The position numbers were made by a program, and so were the translations under genes. Under the pieces are notes generated by a model. The model was not told where the DNA came from. It saw only the letters and a list, made by a program, of their open reading frames with translations, and searched no databases. A stretch of DNA of 64,000 nt from Hormiphora californensis (taxonomy: Eukaryota; Animalia; Ctenophora): contig CM035351.1 of assembly GCA_020137815.1 (NCBI GenBank), forward strand, positions 9,548,001 through 9,612,000, written 5' to 3'. Of the stretch, positions 50,973 through 61,683 are shown in pieces. The first letter of the stretch is position 1. Every line of letters begins with the position of its first letter.

Positions 50973-51912
50973 TTTCCTAGGGGATATTAATGTAAGTGGA
51001 AGAAAAGAATTGATTTTAGAATAATACTACAAAAACACAGTATGCCTAGGGCAAGTTGAACAAAGACTAAACACAACACTCGAAAGTGGAAACCTCGACT
51101 GCTGAATGCTGATGCGAATGATAATAACGTAAAAAAGTTCTAAGGACGCCTGTCGCCTACGTCAGGTTGCGTGATGTAAGAGGCAGTTTTGCTGACCCTT
51201 GTATGCACCATATGACATGAATTGATCAAGTTTAGAGTTGCACTCGTGATGCGAGCTGTTACTGGTCAGGTCACGACTCAGGTGGTGCAAACTAAAACTT
51301 TTTCAGGCGTCGTATCTCCATTTATTGAAGAGATATATTGTTCTTGGATGCGTTAGAAAGCTCTTATTGAGTACGTTCTAACGCAGACGAGACCAAATGT
51401 CATCATCGCCCAGTGATAGGTCTGAAATTCGCAAATAGGTAACCAGGGACCAAAAAATCGCACTTCAAAAAACACTTCCGAGAAATTTTTACAGATCGAG
51501 AACCGCGACGGAAAACGTTAAAATCTGGGTGCCTTTCATTGCTAACAATTCGTAGTTTTAGCGCGCGCGCGACGGGTTAGGGCTATCCGTAAGGGTCTGG
51601 TTAGGGTTTGATTTAGGGTTATCGGTTAGGGCTATCGATTCTCTAACAGATACCGTTTAGTTTACTCAAATTGGCCATGTGGTTGCGTGGCTATAGCCGT
51701 TTGAAAAAAGTCGGTCTAAGTGTACTCTTTTGGTAGCGCGCACCTGTAAACAGGCTGCAAGACACCCAGATTATAATCGCGCCCAACCGCGACCGGGTGC
51801 GCGTCAGTTCAATTTGTTAGAGTTTGCGCTGCCAAAACGTTGTAAATGTAATTGTAAAATTTATTATTTGTAGGTCATGTTAGCTGTTTAATACGTTTTC
51901 AAGTTACCCAAA
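50973..51912. promoter_or_regulatory. Probable bidirectional promoter region (MYBBP1A / RBBP5) with CpG/GCGC motifs and TTAGGG-like repeats
   Basis: Head-to-head genes 940 bp apart; gcgcgcgcgcg at ~51561; gggttaggg-type motifs at 51574-51632. Confidence 0.55.
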
Positions 51913-53469
51913 ATGAATTTGGAACTCCTTGAATCGTTCGGAACGACCTACCCCGACGATGCTGACGGTTTTCTTGAGAGTGGGAGCATGACACTGACAT
52001 GTGCCTTCAATCGTCATGGTTCTCTCCTTGCAGCCGGTTCAAATGATGGTTGTATTGTTATTTTCGACATAATTACACGTGGTATAGCCCGGAATTTTCA
52101 AGCCCATGTTCACCCAGTGTGTTCACTGAGTTGGAGTAGAAATGGGTTCAAGCTCCTTAGTGGGAGTATGGACTGGACAATTAGTGTATGGGAGGTATTG
52201 AAAGGGGAATGCCTCTACAGATACCGCTTTCCCTCGCCCATTTTGAGAGTACAATTCCACCCAATCCTACCCGACGTGTTCCTCGTCTGTCCAATGAAAC
52301 TCCGGCCCGTTCTCCTAAAGATTGGAGGGGAGCAGAAACACATAACTTTTGATGAAGAGGGTGGTGAACAGAACATTTTTGCATCTTTTGATCGTCTGGG
52401 GAAGCGCATATTCACTGGCAACAGTAGAGGGAAGGTCCTTGTTTTTGAAGCAGATACTCTAAACCTCCTTACTTCATTTCAAGTAACCACTGGGTCCAGT
52501 ACAACAACTGGTATTAAAAGTATAGAATTCGCCCGGAAAGGCAGCAATTTCTTGGTTAATTCCTCCGATAGAGTGATAAGAGTGTATGATGGTGATCTGG
52601 TGAAGCCGACCGATGGAAAACCACAACAAGTGGAACCTGTTCAGAAACTACAAGATCTAGTAAACAGGACGCAGTGGAAGAAGTGTTGTTTTAGCGGCGA
52701 TGCAGAGTTTATCTGTGCAGGATCCTCCCGGCAACACGACCTTTATATTTGGGACATGACACACGGTAATCTGGTAAAGATCCTTCATGGTCAGAAGGGA
52801 GAACATCTTCTGGATGCTGTGTGGCACCCCAATCGCCCTCTCATTGCTTCAGTTGCTAATGGCATTATATCTGTGTGGGCCCAGACCCACGCGGAGAACT
52901 GGTCGGCTTACGCGCCTAATTTCAAAGAACTAGACGAGAACGAGGAATATGAGGAGAGGGAGAGTGAGTTTGATGTTGAGGACGAGGACAAGAGTGTTGA
53001 GGATGCTGGAGAGGAGATGGAGGATATAGCAGAGGTGGATGTTGTGACATGTGAACCAATCAGGGCCTACCTAGACAGCGATATAGAGGAGGAGGAAGAT
53101 GTGCTAACATTCATACCAGTCACTCCTGATGTGAAGGATCCTGAGGATGGGTACTGGGCCATGACTGACGAGGAGTTGGCTAACTTAGAGAAGATGAAGA
53201 GAGACGAGGAGAGGAGGGAGAAGACTATGAAAGAGAAGATAAAGATAGTTGATGTGCCATATGAAGGACACGAGATACCTGATGTGCCCCCTGAACCCAC
53301 CACTAAGAAACAGGATATAAAGGCGCCCAAGGCACCCAAGACGCTCCAACCAAAACCTCCTAAGGAACAATTACCTCCACCCCCCATTGAGAAAGAGTTG
53401 AATATACCAGATATTGATAAAGAATCGAACATTTTTACAGAGGACAAAATGCACTGTGACGACTCCTGA
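51913..53469 (+). CDS. RBBP5: Retinoblastoma-binding protein 5 (COMPASS/MLL WD40 subunit), single exon
   Basis: MNLELLESFGTTYP; WD40 repeats; QKLQDLVNRTQWKKCCFSGD; ENWSAYAPNFKELDENEEYEERESEFD. Confidence 0.96.
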   Translation: MNLELLESFGTTYPDDADGFLESGSMTLTCAFNRHGSLLAAGSNDGCIVIFDIITRGIARNFQAHVHPVCSLSWSRNGFKLLSGSMDWTISVWEVLKGECLYRYRFPSPILRVQFHPILPDVFLVCPMKLRPVLLKIGGEQKHITFDEEGGEQNIFASFDRLGKRIFTGNSRGKVLVFEADTLNLLTSFQVTTGSSTTTGIKSIEFARKGSNFLVNSSDRVIRVYDGDLVKPTDGKPQQVEPVQKLQDLVNRTQWKKCCFSGDAEFICAGSSRQHDLYIWDMTHGNLVKILHGQKGEHLLDAVWHPNRPLIASVANGIISVWAQTHAENWSAYAPNFKELDENEEYEERESEFDVEDEDKSVEDAGEEMEDIAEVDVVTCEPIRAYLDSDIEEEEDVLTFIPVTPDVKDPEDGYWAMTDEELANLEKMKRDEERREKTMKEKIKIVDVPYEGHEIPDVPPEPTTKKQDIKAPKAPKTLQPKPPKEQLPPPPIEKELNIPDIDKESNIFTEDKMHCDDS

Positions 53470-53601
53470 TATAGTGTCATTATTTATTGATTATTTTATT
53501 GTATTTTACATATATTTTCCATGCCTTCATCCCCGCGTGTGTTCATCTTTTATGTGTGCGTATAAACATCTGATCCAGCTCTCTCTGTAGAACCATGTGA
53601 T

Positions 53602-56600
53602 ATGACAAAACGGAAGCTGGCAGGAGAGGAGACACCTATCAGTGAGACACCTTCTGTCTCACCCGCACCACTTTTTAGGTAAAATATCATTATCACCCGC
53701 CACACACTCGATACCCTTCACGTTTTAACAATTCCTATTTTCACAGTCCGGGACTAACTGAGCGCCAGCAGATCGCTCTGGTTATGAAGTTATCTGGGGA
53801 GTCCCAGGGGGCAGCAGCTGTAGTAGGAGAGAGTGTAGTGACCACCCCAGCAGTCACACCCCCTCCTCCCACCACACCCCGACCTAACAAAGTGAGTTTA
53901 CAAGTGAAATGTATCAGGGACAGTTTCTAATACTTCCCCCTTAGATCAACAAGTTGAACAAACACGGGGAGTCGCCTCTGCAGAAGGCTGCAATAAAGGG
54001 AGACTTGAAGCAAGTGAAGTTTCTAATTAAGCAAGGTGCAGAGGTGAACACAAGAGATCATGCAGGGTGGTCCCCTCTCCATGAGGCGGCCTGTAAGGGA
54101 CATATAGATGTGTGTAGGACACTACTAAAGAGTGGGGCACAAGTTAACGTAGCGGGATACTGTAATGAGACCCCACTACACGATGCTGCTATTAACGGCC
54201 ATCCAAAGGTAACAAGTAGTCTTCTTCAACTAACTACCTACCCAAGAAACTACCTGCCGATTGGTGTTTTATGAAGGAGCACACTATATCACACCCACTA
54301 TCAGGTTGTTAGTTTATTGCTACAGAGTGGTGCAGACCCATTATTACGGAACCAGAGTGGGAAACTAGCAGTAGAGGTTACTGAACACCCCCTTATCAAG
54401 GCAATGTTGACTGCTGCAATCAATAGAGATGCTGGTAACGGTGACCCACTACAGATCTACAATGAAGAGGTAACTATCAGGGCTGTGCAGTGTGCAATGT
54501 GCATACCTCGTATTATAGTAATTAGTAACCCCCTCCCTCCCCCATAGGAGAATATGGATATATCCCTGCCTGGTCCCACAGACGATGCCTCCCCTTTGGT
54601 ACCAACCCCTTCCCAACATAGGACTATTAGTGTCTCTAAACAACTGTTTAAATCTCCTAAAGCAGACCCAGGTTAGTAAATACCACTTCAGATCCTTCAC
54701 CCCCTCTACTGACCAGTAGTTAACAGTTGGCCACCCTCCAGGCTCATCAGGGAAAGAGGAGGAGGAGGAGGAGGAAGGTGGGGAGGACACAATCACACCA
54801 GGAATCCCTGAACAACCCTCCTTACCAACTACAGAGTTGAAATCACCAGAGCCCCCGATAAAACAGGAGCAAGTGGAAGTGAAACCTGAACCTGAAGAGA
54901 TAGAACCTGTAGAGCCTGAGGAGGAGGAGAGGGCAGGGTACTACAAGTTTAGCCACCTCCTGCCTGATACAGTGTGTTCAACATCTCTCACTGAGAATGG
55001 CCCCTTTACCCTTTATATAGGGCGGAACAAGAGGCCTGTAAAGAGGGCCCCCATGTCCGAATCTCGATCTCCCCCGACTACCCGTAGTAGGACGGGAGGT
55101 AAACCAGTGGATAACAGTGCTTCAGAGGAATTGAAATGTCTTAACGAGGGGTTAGTGTATAAATGTGTGTGTTTCTAGTGTGTGTACACTGTACACTGTT
55201 GAGTGTGTATACACAGTTACACATTCTCTCTCTCCCTGTACACTTAACACTGTATACACAGTTACACATTTTCTCTCCCTGTACACTGTATACACAGTTA
55301 CACATTTTCTCTCTCCATGTACACTGTATACACAGTTACACATTCTCTCCCTCCCTGTACACTGTATACACAGTTACACATTCTCTCCCTGTACACTGTA
55401 TACACAGTTACACATTCTCTCCCTGTACACTGTATACACAGTTACACATTCTCTCTCTCCCTGTACACTGTATACACAGTTACACATTCTCTCTCTCCCT
55501 GTACACTGTATACACAGTTACACATTCTCTCCCTGTACACTGTATACACAGTTACACATTCTCTCTCTCCCTGTACACTGTACCTTATTACCTCTATATA
55601 ACGGAACCTTCTATTAGCGTACCTTTAATTAACGTACCTTTAATTAACGAAAATCAGTTTGGGCGAGCAAATTCTAACAAAAGGCACAAAATTAACGATA
55701 CCTAAAATTAACGAAATTTTTACCGATTTCGTTAATTAGAGGTTCCGTTAAATAGAGGTAATAAGGTATACACAGTTACACATTCTCTCCCTGTACACTG
55801 TATACACAGTTACACATTCTCTCTCTCTCCAGGCGGTATCTGCTAAAGTCTGCCGTTGTTACGCCACGGAAGAAGTGGTTACACCAACACGCCTACAAGA
55901 AGCGGCACCTGGGTGACATCTATGAGCTACAGAGGAGGGGAACCCCATCAGAACCAGATCTCCCCTCATGGATAACTGAATCTATGTTATACACCAAGAA
56001 ATATCTCCTACAAAACTCAGTATGTAGCGCGCGGTGCGTTCATAATGTGAGAAGTTGTCCTCGCCCCTATGCGGTCAGTGCGCGGCGTACCCTATCGTGG
56101 GAATTTCCTTTCATCTCACTCTCCAGTTCCACTGTCTGACCAGTACCACCCCCTCTCTTGTCAGGTTGTAGGGAAGCTAGACGAGGAGACGGATAACAAG
56201 TACCTTGACCACATACCCAATGTGATGCGTGTTCAATACGATAAGATGCAGAATGAGAATCAGGTTCTGCGATATAAACACACAGCGGATAAAGAACGGC
56301 TCCTTCTACAACACGAACAGTCAATGTTACGGGTCCGCCGCCAATCCCTCATGCGTCACCCCACCCCCAGTGCCTGTTCTGTACTAGTACAGCACCACAG
56401 TATAGAGTTCGCTAAGCGACTACAGACCGTCAACTATGACATAAACAATGAACAATTGCTCCTAATTCGAGGGGAGAAAGTGATGAATAGTTTCGATGAA
56501 TTAGCAGGTAGTTTATACCAGCGACATAAACAGGAAGCCGATACAACCTTCTCCTCGCATCGCTTCAAGTGGATGAATACCATCCATCAGTACGGGCTAT

Positions 56601-56626
56601 ACGATATGCCAATATTAGGTGAGTCA

Positions 56627-56709
<83 letters not shown>

Positions 56710-56848
56710 CACACAGCAAACACCTGTTGTAATCTCGTCAGGTAACCTGAGTCTGTGGGTGGAAAGGATTGAGGTGTCAAAGTTAAAACCCGCTGTGGAA
56801 TACTATGATGAGAATCAGGAGAGGGACGGGGATGAGACTTCTAGATAG
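53602..56848 (+). CDS. ANKRD11/ANKRD12-like ankyrin-repeat chromatin cofactor (compact form), multi-exon
   Basis: LTERQQIALVM motif; ankyrin repeats GESPLQKAA / GWSPLHEAA / ETPLHDAA; C-terminal DKERLLLQHEQSMLRV...PSACSVL and QRHKQEA motifs. Confidence 0.8.
55190..55830. repeat. ~34-38-bp intronic minisatellite (ctgtacactgtatacacagttacacattctctcc)
   Basis: About 12 copies, interrupted by a MITE. Confidence 0.92.
55583..55766. mobile_element. 184-bp MITE with TA target-site duplication (Tc1/mariner/pogo-type) inserted in the minisatellite
   Basis: TIRs CCTTATTACCTCTATATAACGGAACC / GGTTCCGTTAAATAGAGGTAATAAGG; flanking TA; neighbouring repeat units show the empty site. Confidence 0.88.
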
Positions 56849-56895
56849 TTGGAGGACTGAGTTACGTAGTGATCAGTTAATTTGTAGTGAGAATT

Positions 56896-56952
<57 letters not shown>

Positions 56953-57139
56953 CAGAATATAATTGTTTATGTGTGAGTGTATTATAGCTTGTGCCATGTT
57001 TTGAAGTCTTTTAGTAAACTGCTACCGAAATATGCGGCTAATATGCGTGTCTTCACTTATATGTCCTCTCTACCACTTTTAGATCCTTTTGTCTAAGCCG
57101 TCTCACAGGCTTTCTACACATGTTACATTCTCCCTAGCT

Positions 57140-60100
57140 ATGGAATTAGTTGATATTGTGACGTGTATTGCAGACCCGCTGATGCTTGAAGAGGGTGTGT
57201 TCAAGATCTGGCTAAATGGGTACACAGGTAACATATCTCTCTTTATTACCCCGGGAAGGGGGGTTACAGGTCCCCTTACCTTCCTCTAACCCAAACTATC
57301 CCGTGCAGCCGAACAAGCTGTTGAGATCAGGTTCCAGCGTGATATGAGCTGTGCTGGCGTGTCACGTGATATAGTGACACTAGACACCAAGGACCAGTAC
57401 CAGACCTTTGAGATGTTGGAGAACTTGTTTAGGAAACCTCCCCTGTTGGCTGTTTCACCCATAGTCAACATGCCCCGTATAACTGATACCTTGCTGCAAC
57501 AGTGAGTGTACGTTACCACACACGTGATCAAGGTATCAGACACATGACCCCCCTCTCTGTTATACAGGTACTATACACTAGATGAAGAAGTAGCTAGGGA
57601 GTTAGTAGGGAGAGGGAGGAAGATGACGGCAAGATTTAGAAAGGACTTGGATGGCATTTCTGAGAAAACTGGAATACCCCTAAGAAGCTGTCTGAGGCAG
57701 TATGATAATATCAGACGTATCTATAAGGTACAGTTATACAGATCTCAAACTGGGGGAACATGCTGTGAAATAGTTCAACACTCCATTGTTGTAGGATACC
57801 TAGAGAAAGAGTGCTACTGTTTTGCTGCTGTGTAGTTCAGCCCCCCTCCCCCATTTTAATGCAGGATGTGGACGAGAAAGAGGGGAAGTTAATATCAAAC
57901 ATTCAGCGGCACTATGGCCTAACTGGGAGGCTGTGTCAGCAATACGCCGCCATTATATATATCTTGGATAATCGACTAGAGGTGTCTACTAGAAAGTGAG
58001 TGAAAAGTAGAAATCATAAAATTGGAATAACATATATCTCATATCATATATGTTTTACACACACACATTTTACACACACTTGAACAGGGGTGGTTCACAA
58101 TCCCTCTTTGAAACTCTAGAAACGTCACTACCACCAGGGTTTACTAGATGTAGGTTTCTCGGCCAGTTTCATGTTAACAGTTTTGTGTTCTATTTCCAGC
58201 TCCAGCTTGACCTTGTAATCAGCGTTGCCAGGTAGAACCTCACTCCCGTCCTGCCTGGGGGCCTTGCTTTCATCCGCTAATTCACTAGTATCTACCCTGG
58301 GTAGTTGGGACCAGACAATTCTATTGCCACAACCAACCCTTTTTTCCTTTTCCGTTTTCTTCATATTCACTGTCGTATGGTCGATACGCTCTATCGTTAG
58401 ACCAGATGCCAGGTTCCATTTGAATCGGAATCTCCCAACTCTAGTATAATCTTGATGTCTCACGTCAGCAGAAAGAGATGGATAGCCCCCATCTTTGTTG
58501 CCACAAACTGTGGCTCCATCACATCCTTCCACCTTTATCCACACTTCTCCACATTGGTTACACTTTCTTGCATCAACTTCACTCTTCTGGGCGAGCTTGT
58601 CGGTCATCTTCCTAATCTCAAACATGATAACTCGCATTCTATTGGCCAGCATTGCACAATGACCTGCCTCTGTGTTCTTATTCGGACCTATCAAGGTATA
58701 ACCTAATTCATCGCAAAAGTCAGACTGTATTCGAGCGAGTTCTCCAGCCATCCAAGTTTGGAAAGAGAACAGCAAGTCAGTAAGATCCTTTCCTTGGTAG
58801 TTTGGTAGGATGCTGTCAAAACGTTCCTTCATCTCTAGGAACGTGTCCACTCTGCGGTTGATGGCTTTTATTGCCCGTCTGTCTCGGGGAGAAATACGGA
58901 ATATCTTCAGGAATTTGTCTCCGTCTATCTGGAAGTCTATTGGTTTAGTGGATTCACTAACATTTCTCAAGTTGTCCAGTAACTTCTGCTTGTCTTCCTG
59001 CTTGCTGGTAACCACTACATCGTCAATCATACAGTTGTCACGGATTATATTCTTGAGTTGCTCGCAGGTATAGTCAACAGTGTCCATATGGGTCACTAGA
59101 ACACCCACTAACTCCTCTGGCAACTCATATAGCTTCTCACTGTACTGGTTTATCTTATCCACTACAGTGTCCATCCTAGTTTCCGCCTTAACAATTATAA
59201 ACATCTTGGAAACAGGAGCGAAGTTGATTGCCCCAGCAACCCACTGGTTCTGATCAAATGGATCCTTCAGTGCATTGCAACCAGGTGTGTCCGCTATCAT
59301 CATTGAACCGTCAAAACTCCAGAACACCTCGCTCGTAGTCGTACAACTAAACATGCTGTCTCCGCTTCTTCCTGTCTGTTCTGCTAGCTTCTCAACAATT
59401 GTAGACTTTCCTGTCCCCACATCGCCAATCATCACAATAAAGGGTATCTTCTTCTCCATCATACCCGTAAACCGTAGAAACTTCGTCCATAGACTAATAC
59501 TTAAACCTAGCACCATGTTTGCTAAAATGTTTGTTATTTATGATAACATTGTGTTTTGACATACCGCCTAGAACCCATACTCAAAACACCTAGGCTTAGA
59601 CCGAACAGGGTCATATAAGGTTGACAATACACGGCCTATCATCAGAACGAGAAGCAAGAATACTTATATTAGTTATGGGTGGGAAAATACACCTTATACA
59701 GAAGTTGCACAGATTATTATACGCATCGAAGCAAAATTCGACAAAACACTGTCACATTATGTTTTTAGAAGAAAGATAGCGTTGTATTTGAGTTTCTTCT
59801 CTTCTTTATCTCTCTCTCTCTCTCTAGCTCTCTCCCTCTCTCTCCCTCCTTATCTCTATCTTCTATTACTCTTCTTCAATACTACAGAAGAGCTGTAACT
59901 CGGCTCTAGTAAAAGCTGCTGTGGCTGAATCCTGCAACTAGTGCATATTTTTTAACTGCGAAACTTACTCAGCCAATGGGCAAGGTCTGAAGTGCTGGAT
60001 TTCAAGCACTACCCTTCCCTTACCCCACACCCAGGTTACCTAAGTTGAGTTACGATATGTTGGTACGGTGTGTGCTAGCGATCATGCAGGAATGGTGTTC

Positions 60101-60898
60101 CCCATTGGGGGATTCTACCACTGACATGGATATAGACAGGTAGTAACACCCATGTATGTAGTAACACCCTCTCTCATCATGTTGGTAGTAATTAGTAACA
60201 CACAGGTTACAGGTAGTAACACACATCTCATCAGTCATCACCCACCCTTTTGAGGTGAAATCACTAACACATCCACATCCCTGTGTAGACACTTTCTAAA
60301 GGAGTTACACAGTTTGAGGGACCGGGTACCAGATACACTCCTGAGCAGTTTCGTAGCATGCAGTGCCGAGGCAATTAAAAACAACCCTGAGAACCCTAAA
60401 AATACAGGTTTGTCCCATCACACAATATATTGAGGCCCTACATTCCTTATTACCCCTACCTCCTCTCAGTTCTGGAGAGTAAGAGGTTGGTACACCGTCT
60501 CCTATCCCTGGGGTACTCCCTGGTTCACACTAAGAACCTGACAGACCTGTTCCTGGACCTGGAGGAGGAGATATTGGAACCCTGGTTCTCTGCAGGCCTC
60601 ACCATCACCAACCTAGATGCAATGATAACCGTTATTATGGGCAACTTTGTTAACGTCCTTACCAACAACGGGTAAGTAGTGGGGGGGGGGGGGTTGTAAC
60701 AGGGTTCAGCAGTAACCAGCACTGGGTATCAGGTGGTGTGTGTGTGTGGTTGTATATCAATATAGTTGACTACTAGGGTGGCACTCATCACAACATAACA
60801 CCTTATCTCCTTTTCACAGGTTCTCCTCAGCAGTACCGGTGTTTAGTAGGTACCTAAAAGCCACGACATGCTGTTTACTCTACATGGGTAACAGATGA
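57140..60898 (+). CDS. FIBP: FGF1 intracellular binding protein, ~8 exons
   Basis: LEEGVFKIWLNGYT; DTKDQYQTFEMLE; YYTLDEEVARELVG...KDLDGISEKTGIPLRSCLRQYDNIRRIYK; KNLTDLFLDLEEEILEPW; last exon ...YMGNR*. Confidence 0.88.
58128..59516 (-). CDS. Intronless P-loop GTPase (AIG1/TRAFAC-like G domain) with helical region and Cys-rich RING2/Rcat-like C-terminus, nested in a FIBP intron
   Basis: G1 IVMIGDVGTGKST, G2 SCT, G3 IADTPG, G4-like LVTHMD; C-terminal RKCNQCGEVWIKVEGCDGATVCG...GCG; 462-aa uninterrupted ORF. Confidence 0.8.
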   Translation of the reverse strand: MVLGLSISLWTKFLRFTGMMEKKIPFIVMIGDVGTGKSTIVEKLAEQTGRSGDSMFSCTTTSEVFWSFDGSMMIADTPGCNALKDPFDQNQWVAGAINFAPVSKMFIIVKAETRMDTVVDKINQYSEKLYELPEELVGVLVTHMDTVDYTCEQLKNIIRDNCMIDDVVVTSKQEDKQKLLDNLRNVSESTKPIDFQIDGDKFLKIFRISPRDRRAIKAINRRVDTFLEMKERFDSILPNYQGKDLTDLLFSFQTWMAGELARIQSDFCDELGYTLIGPNKNTEAGHCAMLANRMRVIMFEIRKMTDKLAQKSEVDARKCNQCGEVWIKVEGCDGATVCGNKDGGYPSLSADVRHQDYTRVGRFRFKWNLASGLTIERIDHTTVNMKKTEKEKRVGCGNRIVWSQLPRVDTSELADESKAPRQDGSEVLPGNADYKVKLELEIEHKTVNMKLAEKPTSSKPWW

Positions 60899-61344
60899 GA
60901 GACTGCCAGTCAGCCCCTTGAAATAGTGCTGCTTGTGTGTTACCTACAACTTGTGGGCGACGTTCTGCCCATTTGGAAATCTGTTCGTGTTGGATGAAAA
61001 GAGAGAGACGACATATATTTGTCTACCTGTGAGACTCTCGTTGTGCTCATTTCCGTGTTTTACACACAGTACATGATGTGTACATGTATATTGTACATGT
61101 GTACATGTGTATTGTACCTTTGTTGTTGTACAACGTGATCCGCATATATTACTATCCTGTACCCTCCCACCTACTGCATTTAGTACTCCTCCTCTCCCTC
61201 CCCACCCTTCATTCCCACACACACACTAGCTGATGCTGATGATGGGTTATGGCTAGTAAACAATACAACAAGATCAATGAACTGCTGGAACGGGCCAGAA
61301 TCGAGGGAGACTGGGGCAACGTTAGTCAGGTAACACATGTCACT

Positions 61345-61614
61345 ATCAATCAATCAAAAATCAATCAAAACACCGCTCGGTGGCGGGGTGCCTCTTTATT
61401 ACTGGGCAAATATCATTAATAATCATAATGTATATAATATCAATTAAGATACATTATAAAATAGATTTGTGAACACGACACTATAAGGGGATGAATGGTA
61501 TCACGTGGCATATTTTTGGCAGTGTTTAGGTTGAAAGATAACATAGCAGGACGCGATATATTGAGAGATAGGAAGATAGGGAGTGAGAGAGAGATCAGTG
61601 GGAGAGCAAGAGGG

Positions 61615-61683
<69 letters not shown>

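Noticed and set aside
55163-55705. ORFs rich in YTVYTVTH / CTLYTQLH
   Set aside because: Translations of the intronic minisatellite
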